From Flavobacteriales bacterium (lineage in GTDB: Bacteria > Bacteroidota > Bacteroidia > Flavobacteriales > BACL11): 64,000 nucleotides of DNA. A program made the translations under genes and the position numbers. Under the pieces are notes generated by a model. The model ran no database searches. It was not told where the DNA came from and was given only the letters and a program-made list of their open reading frames with translations. This document shows, one piece after another, positions 26,366 to 36,991 of this stretch. Every line of letters starts with the position of its first letter. Position 1 is the first letter of the stretch. The stretch covers positions 15,711-79,710 of the forward strand of contig JAOHSR010000001.1 of NCBI GenBank assembly GCA_028122735.1, read 5' to 3'.

Positions 26366-28393
26366 ATGCCAAATTCAAAAAAAATTCGATATAAAAATTC
26401 TTTAATAAAAGAATCTAGTCCTTATTTGTTGCAACACGCATACAATCCTGTTGACTGGTATCCATGGAATGAAAAAGCCTTAGATAAAGCAAGAAAAGAG
26501 GATAAATTACTTCTCATTAGTATTGGTTATTCCGCATGTCATTGGTGTCATGTAATGGAAAATGAAAGTTTTGAAGATGAAGAAGTAGCTAAAATTATGA
26601 ATGATAATTTTATATGTATTAAGGTTGATAGAGAGGAAAGACCCGATATTGATCAAATATACATGGCTGCGGTACATTTAATGAACCAAAGGGGCGGTTG
26701 GCCATTAAATTGTATTGCTCTTCCAGATGGTAGGCCGTTCTGGGGAGGAACTTATTTTAGAAAAGAAGATTGGAAAAATCAAATTCTTAGCTTATCAAAA
26801 CTATATGCCGATCAAAGGAAAACCGTAATTGAATTTGCTGATAAACTTAAAGAAGGAATTTCTCAAGTTGAATTAATTGTAAAAAATATAGAAGAAAAAA
26901 TTTTTTCTTTCAACGATTTAGACAAAACACTTACTAATTGGATAACTTCTTTTGATATTATTGATGGTGGTATTGAAGGCGCGCCTAAATTTCCAATGCC
27001 AAATGCTTATAGCTTTTTACTAAAATATGGGCATTTTTCAAATAATAATAAAATATTAGATCATGTTAGGTTAACACTTGATAAGATTGCTTTTGGAGGA
27101 ATATATGATCAAATAGGTGGTGGTTTTTCAAGATATTCTGTAGATCAAAAATGGAAGGTTCCTCATTTTGAAAAGATGTTGTACGATAATGCCCAACTAG
27201 TAAGCTTATATTCCGAGGCTTTTTTAAAATTTAGAGAACCTATTTATAAAGAAATTGTTTTTGAGACGCTTGATTTTGTAGAACGAGAATTATATGATGA
27301 TTCTGGAGCTTTTTATTCAGCCCTTGATGCAGACAGCGAAGGGGAGGAAGGTAAGTTTTATACATGGAGGGAGGAGGAATTAAAAAAACTAATTACAATT
27401 AATTATCAAATATTTAAAGATTATTATAATATTAACAAAATAGGATTTTGGGAAAAAGGAAACTATATTCTTCTAAGAAAAAAATACAAATCTGAGATAA
27501 TTGAGAAGTATAATATTACCGTTGATGAACTAAATTTATATATATCAGATTGGAAAAAAATTCTCTTTAATTCAAGAGAGAAACGAATAAGGCCTGGCTT
27601 AGACGATAAGTCGTTAACCTCATGGAATGCCCTTATGTTGAAAGCATATATTGATGCATACCTTTCTTTTGGTGATGAAAAACATTTGAAAATTGCCAAA
27701 AGAAATGCTAATTTCATTAAAAACAAGCAGTTAAATCGTAATGGAAAATTATGGCATAATTATAAAAACGGAACTTCATCTATAAATGGATTTTTAGAAG
27801 ATTATGCTCAATCAATTTCAGCATTCATTCGCCTATATGAAGCAACCTTTGAACTAAAATGGTTAGAGTTGTCTGAAAGAATGATGCTTTATGTTTTAGA
27901 GCATTTTTATGATTCAACATCATCGATGTTTTTCTTTACATCTGACTTAGATCCTAATTTAGTAGCCAGAAAAATGGAGGTTCATGATAATGTTATTCCT
28001 GCTTCAAATTCTGTGCTGGCAAATTCATTATTTGATTTAGGTACAATAAGAAAAAATAATGAATATAAAAATATGGCAGCATCTATATTAAATAATATTA
28101 AGCCTAAAATGGATTCTTATTTCACTTCTTATAGTAACTATGCTAATCTTTTTATTAAGTATACAAAACCGTTCTATGAAGTCGTTGTTACAGGTAAAGG
28201 TGCTGTCAAGAAAATAATAGAAATCAATGATTTTTATTCGCCAAATAAATTATTTATTGGAGGGGATAATTCAATTTATATTCCACTACTAAAAGGAAAA
28301 AAATCCAATAATTTGGTTTTTTATATTTGTGAAGATGGACTTTGCAAGAAACCAACATCAGAAATACACGAAGCAATTACCCTTTTACGATGA
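26366..28393 (+). CDS. thioredoxin-domain protein of the YyaL/DUF255 type with (alpha/alpha)6-barrel C-domain
   Basis: Motifs are [17 protein letters not shown] and [11 protein letters not shown] (CxxC). Its length fits the YyaL family. The ORF track starts at TTG 26318. I prefer ATG 26366, but the start is uncertain. Confidence 0.8.
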   Translation: MPNSKKIRYKNSLIKESSPYLLQHAYNPVDWYPWNEKALDKARKEDKLLLISIGYSACHWCHVMENESFEDEEVAKIMNDNFICIKVDREERPDIDQIYMAAVHLMNQRGGWPLNCIALPDGRPFWGGTYFRKEDWKNQILSLSKLYADQRKTVIEFADKLKEGISQVELIVKNIEEKIFSFNDLDKTLTNWITSFDIIDGGIEGAPKFPMPNAYSFLLKYGHFSNNNKILDHVRLTLDKIAFGGIYDQIGGGFSRYSVDQKWKVPHFEKMLYDNAQLVSLYSEAFLKFREPIYKEIVFETLDFVERELYDDSGAFYSALDADSEGEEGKFYTWREEELKKLITINYQIFKDYYNINKIGFWEKGNYILLRKKYKSEIIEKYNITVDELNLYISDWKKILFNSREKRIRPGLDDKSLTSWNALMLKAYIDAYLSFGDEKHLKIAKRNANFIKNKQLNRNGKLWHNYKNGTSSINGFLEDYAQSISAFIRLYEATFELKWLELSERMMLYVLEHFYDSTSSMFFFTSDLDPNLVARKMEVHDNVIPASNSVLANSLFDLGTIRKNNEYKNMAASILNNIKPKMDSYFTSYSNYANLFIKYTKPFYEVVVTGKGAVKKIIEINDFYSPNKLFIGGDNSIYIPLLKGKKSNNLVFYICEDGLCKKPTSEIHEAITLLR

Positions 28394-28854
28394 ACAAAAA
28401 TTATTTTATAGAAAAACAAAAGTTTACACAACTATGGCTTTGGTTAGTGCTCTTTTTGTTGTCTTTTTTACCAATATTAATTGAGTATTTATCTTCTTCT
28501 AAATTTAGCCTCCATCTAGCTCACTTAATTTTGCTTTGTGTAGTTGCTTTATTTTATTTTTTAGAACTTAGAGTATGTGTAAATGAAAAGGGTATAAATT
28601 ATCAGTTTTTTCCTTTTCATTTAAAATCATATGTTATAAAATATGATGAAATTGAAAGTTATTTAGCTGTTACTTATTCGCCTATATTAGATTATGGTGG
28701 CTGGGGAATTCGCTATGGATTTAAAAAAAAGGCCTATAATGTAAAGGGGAATCACGGAGTGAGGATAAATTTGAAGACAGGAAAGCATATACTTTTTGGA
28801 AGTCAAAATAAAATAGAATTTGTCCAAGCTTTAGAAAAATTTATGAAACCTTAA
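28390..28854 (+). CDS. hypothetical membrane protein (two TM helices plus small soluble domain)
   Basis: ATG 28390 overlaps the upstream stop (ATGA). The ORF-track start at 28342 lies inside the upstream gene. No family was recognised. The 3' end overlaps tyrS by 14 nt. Confidence 0.5.
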   Translation: MNKNYFIEKQKFTQLWLWLVLFLLSFLPILIEYLSSSKFSLHLAHLILLCVVALFYFLELRVCVNEKGINYQFFPFHLKSYVIKYDEIESYLAVTYSPILDYGGWGIRYGFKKKAYNVKGNHGVRINLKTGKHILFGSQNKIEFVQALEKFMKP

Positions 28855-30109
28855 TAACAAAATAATTTTTTTTACCCTTTTGAACAAGAAGATATTGTTC
28901 ATTAATAAGTGAGATATCTGAAGAGTTAAAATCCGAGCTTATTTTTTCTTTGTTAAAACTTACTGCATTTGAAGAAATCATTCGTCTTGCCTCGCCCTTA
29001 CTATTAAAAATAGATGTTTTTTCTACTAACAATGTAAAGATATCAGTATTTAACTCTTCTTTGCTAATATTATATTGTGGTACTCCTTCAAAAACTGCTA
29101 GAAATGTTTCAGAATCTAACTTTTTTAAGTCATCAGATGTTGATTTTCCAAATAAGATGTTTGATGCAAGAATAGCATTTTCTAATTCTTTTTTACCATG
29201 TACTCTAATAGTAATTTCTTCAGCTATTTGTTTTTGTAAACTTCTTAAGTGAGGCGCTTGATTATGTTCTTTTATTAAGATGCTTATTTCTTCTTTACTT
29301 TTGAGAGTAAATATTTTAATATAATTTTTAGCATCATCATCAGAACTATTTAGCCAAAATTGATAAAACTTATAAGGAGAGGTTTTTGTTTTGTCTAACC
29401 ATACATTTCCCTCCTCAGTTTTCCCAAACTTTCCACCATCAGATTTTTTGATAAGAGGAGTTGTAACCGCAAAAGCTTCTCCCCCAGATTTCCTTCTTAT
29501 TAATTCAGTTCCTGTTACAATATTTCCCCACTGATCTGAACCACCCAATTGCACTTTACATTGTTTGTTTTTCCATAACCAATAAAAATCAAACCCTTGA
29601 ACTAATTGATATGAAAACTCAGTAAAACTCAATCCAGTTTCTAGTCGTGATTTCACAGAATCTTTAGCCATCATATAATTAATTGAAATGTGTTTTCCGT
29701 TATCTCTAATGAAATCTAAGAAAGATAAGTGTTCAAACCATTCAAAATTATTAACTACAACAGCAGAATTATCTCCACAATCAAAATCAAGAAATTTTTC
29801 TAATTGATTTTTTACACAGTTTAGATTATGTTCTAATGTTTCTTTATTTAAAAGGTTACGTTCTTTAGATTTTCCAGATGGATCTCCAACCATTCCAGTC
29901 GCACCTCCAATTAGAGCATATGGTTTGTGACCACTCTTTTGAAGATGTACTAAAATCATTATTTGTACTAAACTTCCAATATGTAGTGAATCAGCTGTTG
30001 GATCAAAACCAATATAAGCAGATGTCATTTCTTTTTGGAATTGTTCTTCTGTCCCAGGCATAATATCATGTATCATACCTCTCCATTTTAATTCTTGTAC
30101 AAAATTCAC
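28841..30109 (-). CDS. tyrS: tyrosine--tRNA ligase
   Basis: 422 aa with a GTG start. Shows the HIGH-type [14 protein letters not shown], the KMSKS-type KFGKTE and a C-terminal S4-like domain. Confidence 0.92.
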   Translation of the reverse strand: MNFVQELKWRGMIHDIMPGTEEQFQKEMTSAYIGFDPTADSLHIGSLVQIMILVHLQKSGHKPYALIGGATGMVGDPSGKSKERNLLNKETLEHNLNCVKNQLEKFLDFDCGDNSAVVVNNFEWFEHLSFLDFIRDNGKHISINYMMAKDSVKSRLETGLSFTEFSYQLVQGFDFYWLWKNKQCKVQLGGSDQWGNIVTGTELIRRKSGGEAFAVTTPLIKKSDGGKFGKTEEGNVWLDKTKTSPYKFYQFWLNSSDDDAKNYIKIFTLKSKEEISILIKEHNQAPHLRSLQKQIAEEITIRVHGKKELENAILASNILFGKSTSDDLKKLDSETFLAVFEGVPQYNISKEELNTDIFTLLVEKTSIFNSKGEARRMISSNAVSFNKEKISSDFNSSDISLINEQYLLVQKGKKNYFVIKVS

Positions 30110-30123
30110 CTATTGTTTTTTTT

Positions 30124-30131
30124 CAAAAATA
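30124..30131 (-). promoter_or_regulatory. candidate -7 box (TATTTTTG on minus strand) for tyrS
   Basis: The plus strand reads CAAAAATA. It lies 14 nt upstream of the tyrS start (30109). Confidence 0.45.
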
Positions 30132-30177
30132 AGTAATATATCTCTTATTATAAATAATTGCATTTGTATCTTATGTG

Positions 30178-30185
30178 TATCTTTG
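30178..30185 (+). promoter_or_regulatory. candidate -7 box (TATCTTTG) for the epimerase-family gene
   Basis: Exact TAnnTTTG match 5 nt upstream of ATG 30191. It lies inside the TTG extension of the ORF track. Confidence 0.4.
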
Positions 30186-30190
30186 TGTAT

Positions 30191-31195
30191 ATGATTTTTC
30201 TTACTGGAGGAACTGGATTAGTAGGCTCACATATTCTGATGATGTTAGTACAAGATAATATTTCTGTAAAAGCATTAAAAAGAAATTCGAGTAGATTAGA
30301 TGTATGTAGAAAGGTTTTTTCATATCACAATCTTGATCATAAATTTAAAGAAGTGCAATGGTGTGAAGGAGATATTAATGACATCATATCTCTTGAAAAT
30401 CACATGAAGGATTGCGACACTATAGTTCACGCAGCAGCTTTGGTATCATTTAATAAATCAGATTTAGAAATTTTAAGAAAGATAAATATTGAAGGAACAG
30501 CAAATGTTATGAATACGGCTCTTCATTTTAATTATAAAAGATGTATCTATATTAGTTCAGTAGCTACATTGTCTAGAGAAATTAATTTTCAAAATGTTGA
30601 TGAAAACTGTCACTTTGAGCCACACAAGGATACTAGTAATTACGCGTTCACAAAATATTATGCCGAACAAGAAGTTTGGAGAGCAAGTAATGAAGGTATT
30701 GATGTTGTTATTTTAAATCCCTCTATAATTTTAGGTCCAGGTGATTGGGATAAAGGAAGTTCTAAGATTTTTCAAAGAATATTTAATGGTTTAAAATTTT
30801 ACTCAACTGGCAGCTCTGGATACGTAGATGTAATTGATGTTGCTCAAATTGCCAAGTCACTGATATTTTCAAATATAAAAAATGAAAGATTTATTTTAAA
30901 TGGGATAAATATTAAGTTTAAAGAAGCATTTAATTTAATTGCTGATGAGTTAAATGTTGAAAGAGCATATATTAAAGTGACTCCTTTTTTAAAAGAATTG
31001 GCATGGAGGATTGAACTAGTTAGATCTTTTTTTACTGGGAATCGCCCTCTTCTTACAAAAGAAACTGCCAATAGTGCAATGAAAAATGTTTCATATTCAT
31101 CTGAAAAAATCAAAGAAAAATTAAAGTATAAATTTATTTCTTTTGATAAGACTGTTAAGGATTGTTGTCGTTTTTATAAACAAGATTTAGTTTAA
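30191..31195 (+). CDS. NAD-dependent epimerase/dehydratase-family (extended SDR) protein
   Basis: Contains MIFLTGGTGLVGSHI (GxxGxxG) and YAFTKYYAE (YxxxK). I prefer ATG 30191 to the ORF-track TTG at 30158. Confidence 0.75.
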   Translation: MIFLTGGTGLVGSHILMMLVQDNISVKALKRNSSRLDVCRKVFSYHNLDHKFKEVQWCEGDINDIISLENHMKDCDTIVHAAALVSFNKSDLEILRKINIEGTANVMNTALHFNYKRCIYISSVATLSREINFQNVDENCHFEPHKDTSNYAFTKYYAEQEVWRASNEGIDVVILNPSIILGPGDWDKGSSKIFQRIFNGLKFYSTGSSGYVDVIDVAQIAKSLIFSNIKNERFILNGINIKFKEAFNLIADELNVERAYIKVTPFLKELAWRIELVRSFFTGNRPLLTKETANSAMKNVSYSSEKIKEKLKYKFISFDKTVKDCCRFYKQDLV

Positions 31196-31522
31196 TTTGG
31201 AGTTTTCTTTTTTGATTTCTTCTAATGCTTTAGTATATATAAGCTCTAATTTTTCATTTTGTAATGAATAATACTTTAGAGTTTTTTGGAAATCATCATA
31301 CGTAATACTGTAGAAGTTAAAAACTGAATCATAATCATTTTGCAATATAGATTTAGCTTCTTTATTTTTTTTAAATTTTATTGTTTCGTACTTAGCTTCT
31401 ATTAAATGAACATCTTTAATTATTTGAATAAATTTTTTTTCTGAAAGAATATTTTCCTCAGAATTATTAGTCATATTTGAACAGGAAAAGAAAAGTATTA
31501 TTAAAACAAAATAATATTTCAT
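31187..31522 (-). CDS. small lipoprotein, DUF4296-like
   Basis: 111 aa with lipobox FFSCSN. FIQIIKDVHLIEAKYE resembles the DUF4296 pattern as I recall it. The 3' end overlaps the convergent gene by 9 nt. Confidence 0.5.
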   Translation of the reverse strand: MKYYFVLIILFFSCSNMTNNSEENILSEKKFIQIIKDVHLIEAKYETIKFKKNKEAKSILQNDYDSVFNFYSITYDDFQKTLKYYSLQNEKLELIYTKALEEIKKENSKLN

Positions 31523-31619
31523 TTAGCGAAATTAATTTAAAGATATTTAATACACAAGTTACTATTGATAACTTGCTTATTTGTTATAGTCTTATTTCTT
31601 TTTAAGCCTCTCTTTTAAC

Positions 31620-31627
31620 TATCTTTG
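31620..31627 (+). promoter_or_regulatory. candidate -7 box (TATCTTTG) for the small acidic lipoprotein gene
   Basis: Exact TAnnTTTG match 30 nt upstream of ATG 31658. Confidence 0.45.
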
Positions 31628-31657
31628 TAACTCTAAACAAACTTAAAAATTAGTAAT

Positions 31658-31849
31658 ATGAAAAAATTAATGTATTTAATAGTAGCAGGTTTCTTATTTG
31701 TGTTTACTGCATGTGGCGGTGGTGCAAATACAGAAGAAGCTGCTGTAGAAACAACTGAGGAAGTTGCTCCAGCAGCTGCAGTTGCAGCTCAAGACTCGGC
31801 AGTTGCTGAAGAAGAGGTTGCTGAAGAGAGTCATGATCATTCTCACTAG
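31658..31849 (+). CDS. 63-aa acidic Ala/Glu-rich lipoprotein ending in HDHSH
   Basis: Signal peptide plus lipobox (LFVFTACGGG), then a low-complexity E/A/V-rich body and a C-terminal ESHDHSH. It has its own -7 box and its own hairpin terminator. No family was recognised. Confidence 0.6.
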   Translation: MKKLMYLIVAGFLFVFTACGGGANTEEAAVETTEEVAPAAAVAAQDSAVAEEEVAEESHDHSH

Positions 31850-31867
31850 TTCTTTCTAAAGAAAATC

Positions 31868-31896
31868 AAAAGCACCTTTTAGGTGCTTTTTTTTTG
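31868..31896. terminator. intrinsic (rho-independent) terminator hairpin, usable in both directions
   Basis: Stem AGCACCT (31871..31877) pairs with AGGTGCT (31881..31887) around a TTT loop. A T9 run follows on the plus strand. An A-run precedes it, which gives a T-run on the minus strand. It sits between the convergent genes ending at 31849 and 31927. Confidence 0.8.
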
Positions 31897-31926
31897 CATT
31901 ATTTTAGCAAGATTACTGATTAATAG

Positions 31927-33258
31927 TTAGCGATTAAACATCAATCGCATCCCTTTTTTACTTTCATCGAAGACTCCTTTTTCATAAGCAATGTGTCCAT
32001 TTACAATCGTGTACTCCACTTGCCCATTTAACTTTTCCCCAACAAAAGGTGACCATCCACATTTGGATAATATTTTGCCTTCAGTTACTTCATATTCTTT
32101 TTCAATATCAACTAAAACAAGGTCCGCATAATATTTTTCTTTAATAAAACCTCTCTTTTCAATTTGAAAGCATATAGCAGGATTATGACACATTTTCTCC
32201 ACTACCTCTTCAATTGTTATCTTTTTTTCTTTTACAAATTTAAGCATGACTTTTAATGCATTCTCAACAAGCGGACCTCCTGAAGGAGCTTGTAGATATT
32301 TATTGTTTTTTTCTTCTATTGTATGTGGCGCATGATCAGTAGCGATAACATCAAGTCTGTTATCTAACAACGCGGCTAACAATGCATCTTGATCAGACTT
32401 TTCTTTAACAGCGGGATTCCATTTAATATGGGTGCCTTTTGTTTTATAATCATTTGAATTAAAGTATAAATGATGGATACAAACTTCGGCAGTAATTCTT
32501 TTTTCACTGAGAGGTTTTGTATTTGTAAATAGTTGTAATTCCTTTTCAGTCGAAATATGAAAAACATGTAATCTTGTATTATGTTTTTTTGCAAGTTCTA
32601 CTGCTAATGATGAAGATTTATAACATGCATCAACAGATCTTATTTTAGGATGCATTTCAATAGGAATATCCTCTCCAAATTTATTTTTTGCTTCATCAAG
32701 GTTTTTTTGGATAGTCTCCTCATCCTCACAATGGACAGCAATTAAACAGTCTGATTTCTTAAATATTTCTTCAAGAACTTTTTTATTGTCCACTAACATA
32801 TCTCCTGTAGAGGAGCCCATAAATATTTTAATTGCACCAACATGCTTTGGATTAGTTTTTAATACCTCGGATAAATTATTGTTTGATGCCCCCATAAAGA
32901 AACTGAAATTTGCAATTGATTTTTTGTCTCCTAGTTGAAATTTTTCCTCTAAAAGTTCTTGCGTCAAAGTTTGAGGTTTTGTATTTGGCATCTCCATAAA
33001 AGAAGTTATTCCTCCTGAAATAGCAGCCTTACTTTCGGTATATATTTCTGCTTTATGCATTAACCCAGGTTCTCTAAAATGCACCTGATCATCAATAATT
33101 CCAGGAATAAGATGCAATCCCATTGCGTCAATAACTCTATCTGCACTCTCATGAATTTTTGGAGCTATTTTTTTTATAATTTTTTCTTCAACAAGTAGGT
33201 CTGAGTAGAAACTTTTACCTTGGTTTACAAGTTTTGCATTTTTAATTAGTAACTTCAC
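31927..33258 (-). CDS. pyrC: dihydroorotase (cyclic amidohydrolase)
   Basis: 443 aa. Motifs are IDDQVHFREPG (the HxH-equivalent site), AVHCED and ATDHAPH. Confidence 0.8.
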   Translation of the reverse strand: MKLLIKNAKLVNQGKSFYSDLLVEEKIIKKIAPKIHESADRVIDAMGLHLIPGIIDDQVHFREPGLMHKAEIYTESKAAISGGITSFMEMPNTKPQTLTQELLEEKFQLGDKKSIANFSFFMGASNNNLSEVLKTNPKHVGAIKIFMGSSTGDMLVDNKKVLEEIFKKSDCLIAVHCEDEETIQKNLDEAKNKFGEDIPIEMHPKIRSVDACYKSSSLAVELAKKHNTRLHVFHISTEKELQLFTNTKPLSEKRITAEVCIHHLYFNSNDYKTKGTHIKWNPAVKEKSDQDALLAALLDNRLDVIATDHAPHTIEEKNNKYLQAPSGGPLVENALKVMLKFVKEKKITIEEVVEKMCHNPAICFQIEKRGFIKEKYYADLVLVDIEKEYEVTEGKILSKCGWSPFVGEKLNGQVEYTIVNGHIAYEKGVFDESKKGMRLMFNR

Positions 33259-33984
33259 TTAATCCCAGTTTTTGAAATAGCTTTTAATTTTCATTTGCAT
33301 TACCCCAAAAAAGGCTTCGAAGAAAATTCCACCGCTCATTTTTGATGCTCCTTCTTGCCTATCTGTGAAAATTACTGGAACTTCTACCACATTAAATCCA
33401 TACTTCCAAGCAGTAAATTTCATTTCAATTTGAAAAGCATACCCAACAAACTGTATTTTTTCGAGATTTATTTTTTCTAAAACTGATCTTTTGTAGCACT
33501 TAAAACCTGCAGTAGAATCATGAATAGGCATACCAGTAATAATTTTCACATATTTTGAAGCAAAGAAAGACATGAGTAGCCTACTCATTGGCCAATTAAC
33601 AATATTTACCCCTTTAATGTATCTTGATCCAATTGCAACATCACCTTTTTCTTCATGACATGCTTTATACAAACGTATTAAATCATCTGGATCATGTGAA
33701 AAATCAGCATCCATTTCAAAAATATAATCGTAATTATTTTTCAGAGCCCATTTAAAGCCAAAAATATATGCAGTTCCTAGACCAAGTTTACCAGTTCTTT
33801 CAACAATATGTAATTTTTTAGGATAGGTTTTTTGTATTTTCTTTATAATATTAGCGGTGCCGTCAGGTGATCCATCATCAACAATTAATATGTCAAAATC
33901 AACATCAAGAGAAAAAACTTTTAGAATAATTTTTTCAATATTCTCTTTTTCATTGTATGTTGGGATTATAATAAGCTTAGACAT
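33259..33984 (-). CDS. GT2 polyprenol-phosphate mannosyl/glycosyl transferase (Dpm1/Ppm1-like)
   Basis: 241 aa. Motifs are IIPTYNEKENI, VDDGSPDGT and EMDADFSHDP (DxD). Confidence 0.8.
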   Translation of the reverse strand: MSKLIIIPTYNEKENIEKIILKVFSLDVDFDILIVDDGSPDGTANIIKKIQKTYPKKLHIVERTGKLGLGTAYIFGFKWALKNNYDYIFEMDADFSHDPDDLIRLYKACHEEKGDVAIGSRYIKGVNIVNWPMSRLLMSFFASKYVKIITGMPIHDSTAGFKCYKRSVLEKINLEKIQFVGYAFQIEMKFTAWKYGFNVVEVPVIFTDRQEGASKMSGGIFFEAFFGVMQMKIKSYFKNWD

Positions 33985-34001
33985 ATTTACAGTTTAGAAG
34001 A

Positions 34002-34009
34002 CAAAGTTA
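34002..34009 (-). promoter_or_regulatory. candidate -7 box (TAACTTTG on minus strand) for the GT2-pyrC pair
   Basis: The plus strand reads CAAAGTTA. It lies 17 nt upstream of ATG 33984. Confidence 0.45.
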
Positions 34010-34020
34010 AGTAATCTTAA

Positions 34021-35919
34021 CTATTTATTGTTTTTCACCTCCGTGATTATTTTCTCCACAACAGCAGGGTCAAGCAGTGTGCTTGTATCACCTAAATCTT
34101 CTGTTATTCCGGAAGCTATTTTTCTAAGAATCCTTCTCATTATTTTTCCAGATCGTGTTTTAGGTAATCCATCAACATATAAAAAACTATCAACTTTTGC
34201 AATTGGGCCGACATGCTTTGTAATTAAATTATTAATCTCAAGATTTATTTCATCGTCTTTTTTGGGTTTTTGATGACAAATAATAAATGCAAATAGACCA
34301 TTTCCTTTAATATTATGAGGATATCCTACAATCGCACTTTCACAGACATTTTGGTGTTCATCTATAGCGCTTTCAATTTCTGCAGTTCCAAGGTTGTGAC
34401 CAGAAACTATTATCACGTCATCTACTCTTCCAGTTATTCTAAATAACCCCTCTTCATTTTTAAAACATCCGTCTCCACTAAAATATTTTCCAGGAAAAGC
34501 CGAAAAATAAGTATTAAAATATCTTTGGTGATCCCCATAAATTGTTCTTGCCATTGATGGCCAAGGATACTTCACGCATAATTTACCCTCAATATTATTT
34601 TGTTCTAACTCTGCACCTTTGTCATCTACAATACATGCTTTTATTCCGGGAAGCGGTAATGTTGCAAATGTTGCCTTTTCTTTATTAATGCCTGCAAGGT
34701 TAGATATCATTATACCTCCTGTTTCTGTCTGCCACCAAGTGTCAACTATTGGACATTTCTTATTTCCAATTTCATTGTAATACCAATTCCATGCATCTTC
34801 GTTAATCGGTTCCCCAACCGTTCCTAAAACCTTTAAAGAGCTTAAGTTATATTTACGAACATATTCATTTCCTTTTGCCTCAAGTGCGCGAATTGCTGTT
34901 GGGGCAGTGTAGAATATATTTATTTTATTTTCTTCAACTATTTTCCAAAATCTACCAGCATCAGGATAAGTTGGAACCCCCTCAAACATTACAGTTGTTG
35001 CACCAGCTAATAATGGCCCATAGATTATGTAGGAGTGGCCGGTTATCCATCCTATATCAGCGGTACACCAGTAAAGATCATTTTCTTGGTATTGAAATAC
35101 GTTTTCAAATGAATATTGAGTATAGATCATATATCCAGCCGTTGTATGTACTATTCCTTTAGGTTTCCCTGTAGAGCCAGAAGTATATAAAATAAAAAGC
35201 TTGTCTTCTGAGTTCATTTCTTCTGGTGTACAATTAATATTTACATTTTTCATCTCATCCTGCCACCAAAAATCTCTATTATCCTTCATATCAATAGTTG
35301 ATTTTGTACGTTCAAGTACAATACAAAATTCAATAGATGGAGTGCTTCTCAAGGCTTCATCAGCAATTGATTTTAGTGGTGTAATCTTATCGCCTCGAAA
35401 TCCTCCGTCAGATGTAATTAGTGCTTTACATGTTGCATCATTTATTCTATCTGATAATGATTTTGCAGAAAATCCTGCAAAAACTACAGAGTGAATAGCC
35501 CCTATTCTTGCACATGCCAGAACTGCAATAGCAAGCTCTGGGACCATAGGCATATATAAGCAGATCCTATCTCCCTTATTAATTCCTTTACTCTTTAATA
35601 CATTAGAAAATTTACATACTTGTAAATGAAGTTCCTTGTAGCTTAATTCTATATTTTTTTCATTTGGATTATTTGCAATCCATTTTATTGCTATTCTATC
35701 ACCATTATTTTTAAGGTGTCTATCAAGACAATTTTCTGTTATATTTAATTTCCCTCCTTTAAACCATTCTACATTTGCAGATTTAAAATCCCAATTTAAA
35801 ACTTCATCCCATTTTCTATACCAAACAAATTTTTTTGCTTTTTCTTCCCAAAAATTCTCTGGTTTTTCCTCAAAATTTTCTTTCTCTAAGTGGTATTCTT
35901 CTAAGCTTTTAATTCTCAT
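34021..35919 (-). CDS. acs: acetyl-coenzyme A synthetase
   Basis: Contains the AMP-binding motif YTSGSTGKPKG, WWQTETGG and a C-terminal PKTRSGKIMRR. I prefer ATG 35919 (MRIKSLEEY) because the ORF-track TTG start at 35937 sits on a -7 box. Confidence 0.92.
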   Translation of the reverse strand: MRIKSLEEYHLEKENFEEKPENFWEEKAKKFVWYRKWDEVLNWDFKSANVEWFKGGKLNITENCLDRHLKNNGDRIAIKWIANNPNEKNIELSYKELHLQVCKFSNVLKSKGINKGDRICLYMPMVPELAIAVLACARIGAIHSVVFAGFSAKSLSDRINDATCKALITSDGGFRGDKITPLKSIADEALRSTPSIEFCIVLERTKSTIDMKDNRDFWWQDEMKNVNINCTPEEMNSEDKLFILYTSGSTGKPKGIVHTTAGYMIYTQYSFENVFQYQENDLYWCTADIGWITGHSYIIYGPLLAGATTVMFEGVPTYPDAGRFWKIVEENKINIFYTAPTAIRALEAKGNEYVRKYNLSSLKVLGTVGEPINEDAWNWYYNEIGNKKCPIVDTWWQTETGGIMISNLAGINKEKATFATLPLPGIKACIVDDKGAELEQNNIEGKLCVKYPWPSMARTIYGDHQRYFNTYFSAFPGKYFSGDGCFKNEEGLFRITGRVDDVIIVSGHNLGTAEIESAIDEHQNVCESAIVGYPHNIKGNGLFAFIICHQKPKKDDEINLEINNLITKHVGPIAKVDSFLYVDGLPKTRSGKIMRRILRKIASGITEDLGDTSTLLDPAVVEKIITEVKNNK

Positions 35920-35934
35920 TTGTAAATTTTTAAT

Positions 35935-35942
35935 CAAATATA
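35935..35942 (-). promoter_or_regulatory. candidate -7 box (TATATTTG on minus strand) for acs
   Basis: The plus strand reads CAAATATA. It lies 15 nt upstream of ATG 35919. Confidence 0.45.
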
Positions 35943-36055
35943 ATACTAAACTTATTAATATTAATTCTATATAATTAACACTTGTTTATTTTATAATATA
36001 ATGTTGATTTTACATCTATATCTTTTTGTAAATTAGCCGTTATAAAAAAATAAAT

Positions 36056-36979
36056 ATGAAAAGAATTTTACAACTAATATTTACTACTTTCCTTGCATTG
36101 CCATTATTTGCTCAAGATTGTACAGAACTTTTTTTTTCTGAATATGTTGAGGGACCCGCCAACAATAATGGTGTAGAAATATATAATCCTTCAAATAATA
36201 ATTTTGATTTAAGTGCATACTCTGTGAACCGTTATTCTAACGGATCAAGTTCTGGACCTGAATCCTGGCCTTTATCTGGAACTATTGTTCCTGGACAGGC
36301 TGTTTCTATTGGAAATGGACAACTTGATTCAGTTTGGGTTACTTCATATTGGTCAGTACCTGTTGATCCGGTCTTTTACAATGCAACAAATTTACATTGT
36401 AGTGGAGTTTATCCAACACCATTTTATTTTAATGGTGATGATGCAATTACTCTTGAAAAAGATGGAGGAATAATTGATATAATTGGGAAGGTTGGAGAGG
36501 ATCCTGGATCTGCATGGACAGATGATGCTACAGCAGGATATACAGATGCAAACGGTGGTACATGGTGGACAAAAAGACAGACATTAGTTAGAAAATCTTC
36601 TGTAAAAAAGGGAGTTACTATGAACCCAATTGTTTTTAATCCAACTTTAGAATGGGATTCTCTTCCAGATGGCACTTACTCTGGTCTTGGATCACATAAC
36701 TGTGATTGTATTTCTTCAACAAATATTTCACAAGGTGAAAATGAAAGTTTTGTAGTATATCCTAATCCAGCAAATATTGGAGATAATATAGTAATTAACA
36801 CTTATAACAAGATAGATAGAGTAGTAGTATATGATATTAGTGGTAAATCATTTCTTGTGAACAAAATAAATGCCAACAGATTAGTATTTCCAACAAATAC
36901 CTTAAGTTCTGGAAGTTATATTTTAAAAGCTTGGCTTGATACAGGCTCTTTTGTTGAGCACAAAATTATTATCCGCTAG
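36056..36979 (+). CDS. T9SS-secreted lamin-tail-domain (LTD) protein
   Basis: 307 aa with a signal peptide (ALPLFAQD). LTD-like segments are LFFSEYVEGPANNNGVEIYNPS, GDDAITLEKDGGIIDIIGKVGEDPG and TLVRK. A T9SS C-terminal sorting domain occupies roughly 36749..36976 (FVVYPNPANIGD...YILKAWL...KIIIR). Confidence 0.7.
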   Translation: MKRILQLIFTTFLALPLFAQDCTELFFSEYVEGPANNNGVEIYNPSNNNFDLSAYSVNRYSNGSSSGPESWPLSGTIVPGQAVSIGNGQLDSVWVTSYWSVPVDPVFYNATNLHCSGVYPTPFYFNGDDAITLEKDGGIIDIIGKVGEDPGSAWTDDATAGYTDANGGTWWTKRQTLVRKSSVKKGVTMNPIVFNPTLEWDSLPDGTYSGLGSHNCDCISSTNISQGENESFVVYPNPANIGDNIVINTYNKIDRVVVYDISGKSFLVNKINANRLVFPTNTLSSGSYILKAWLDTGSFVEHKIIIR

Positions 36980-36991
36980 TTTCATAAATAT

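Noticed and set aside
31658-31849. The locally GC-richer small ORF as foreign DNA or a non-coding RNA.
   Set aside because: The GC enrichment is explained by Ala/Glu/Val codons of a low-complexity peptide. The ORF has a proper signal peptide and lipobox, a start context, a promoter box and a terminator.
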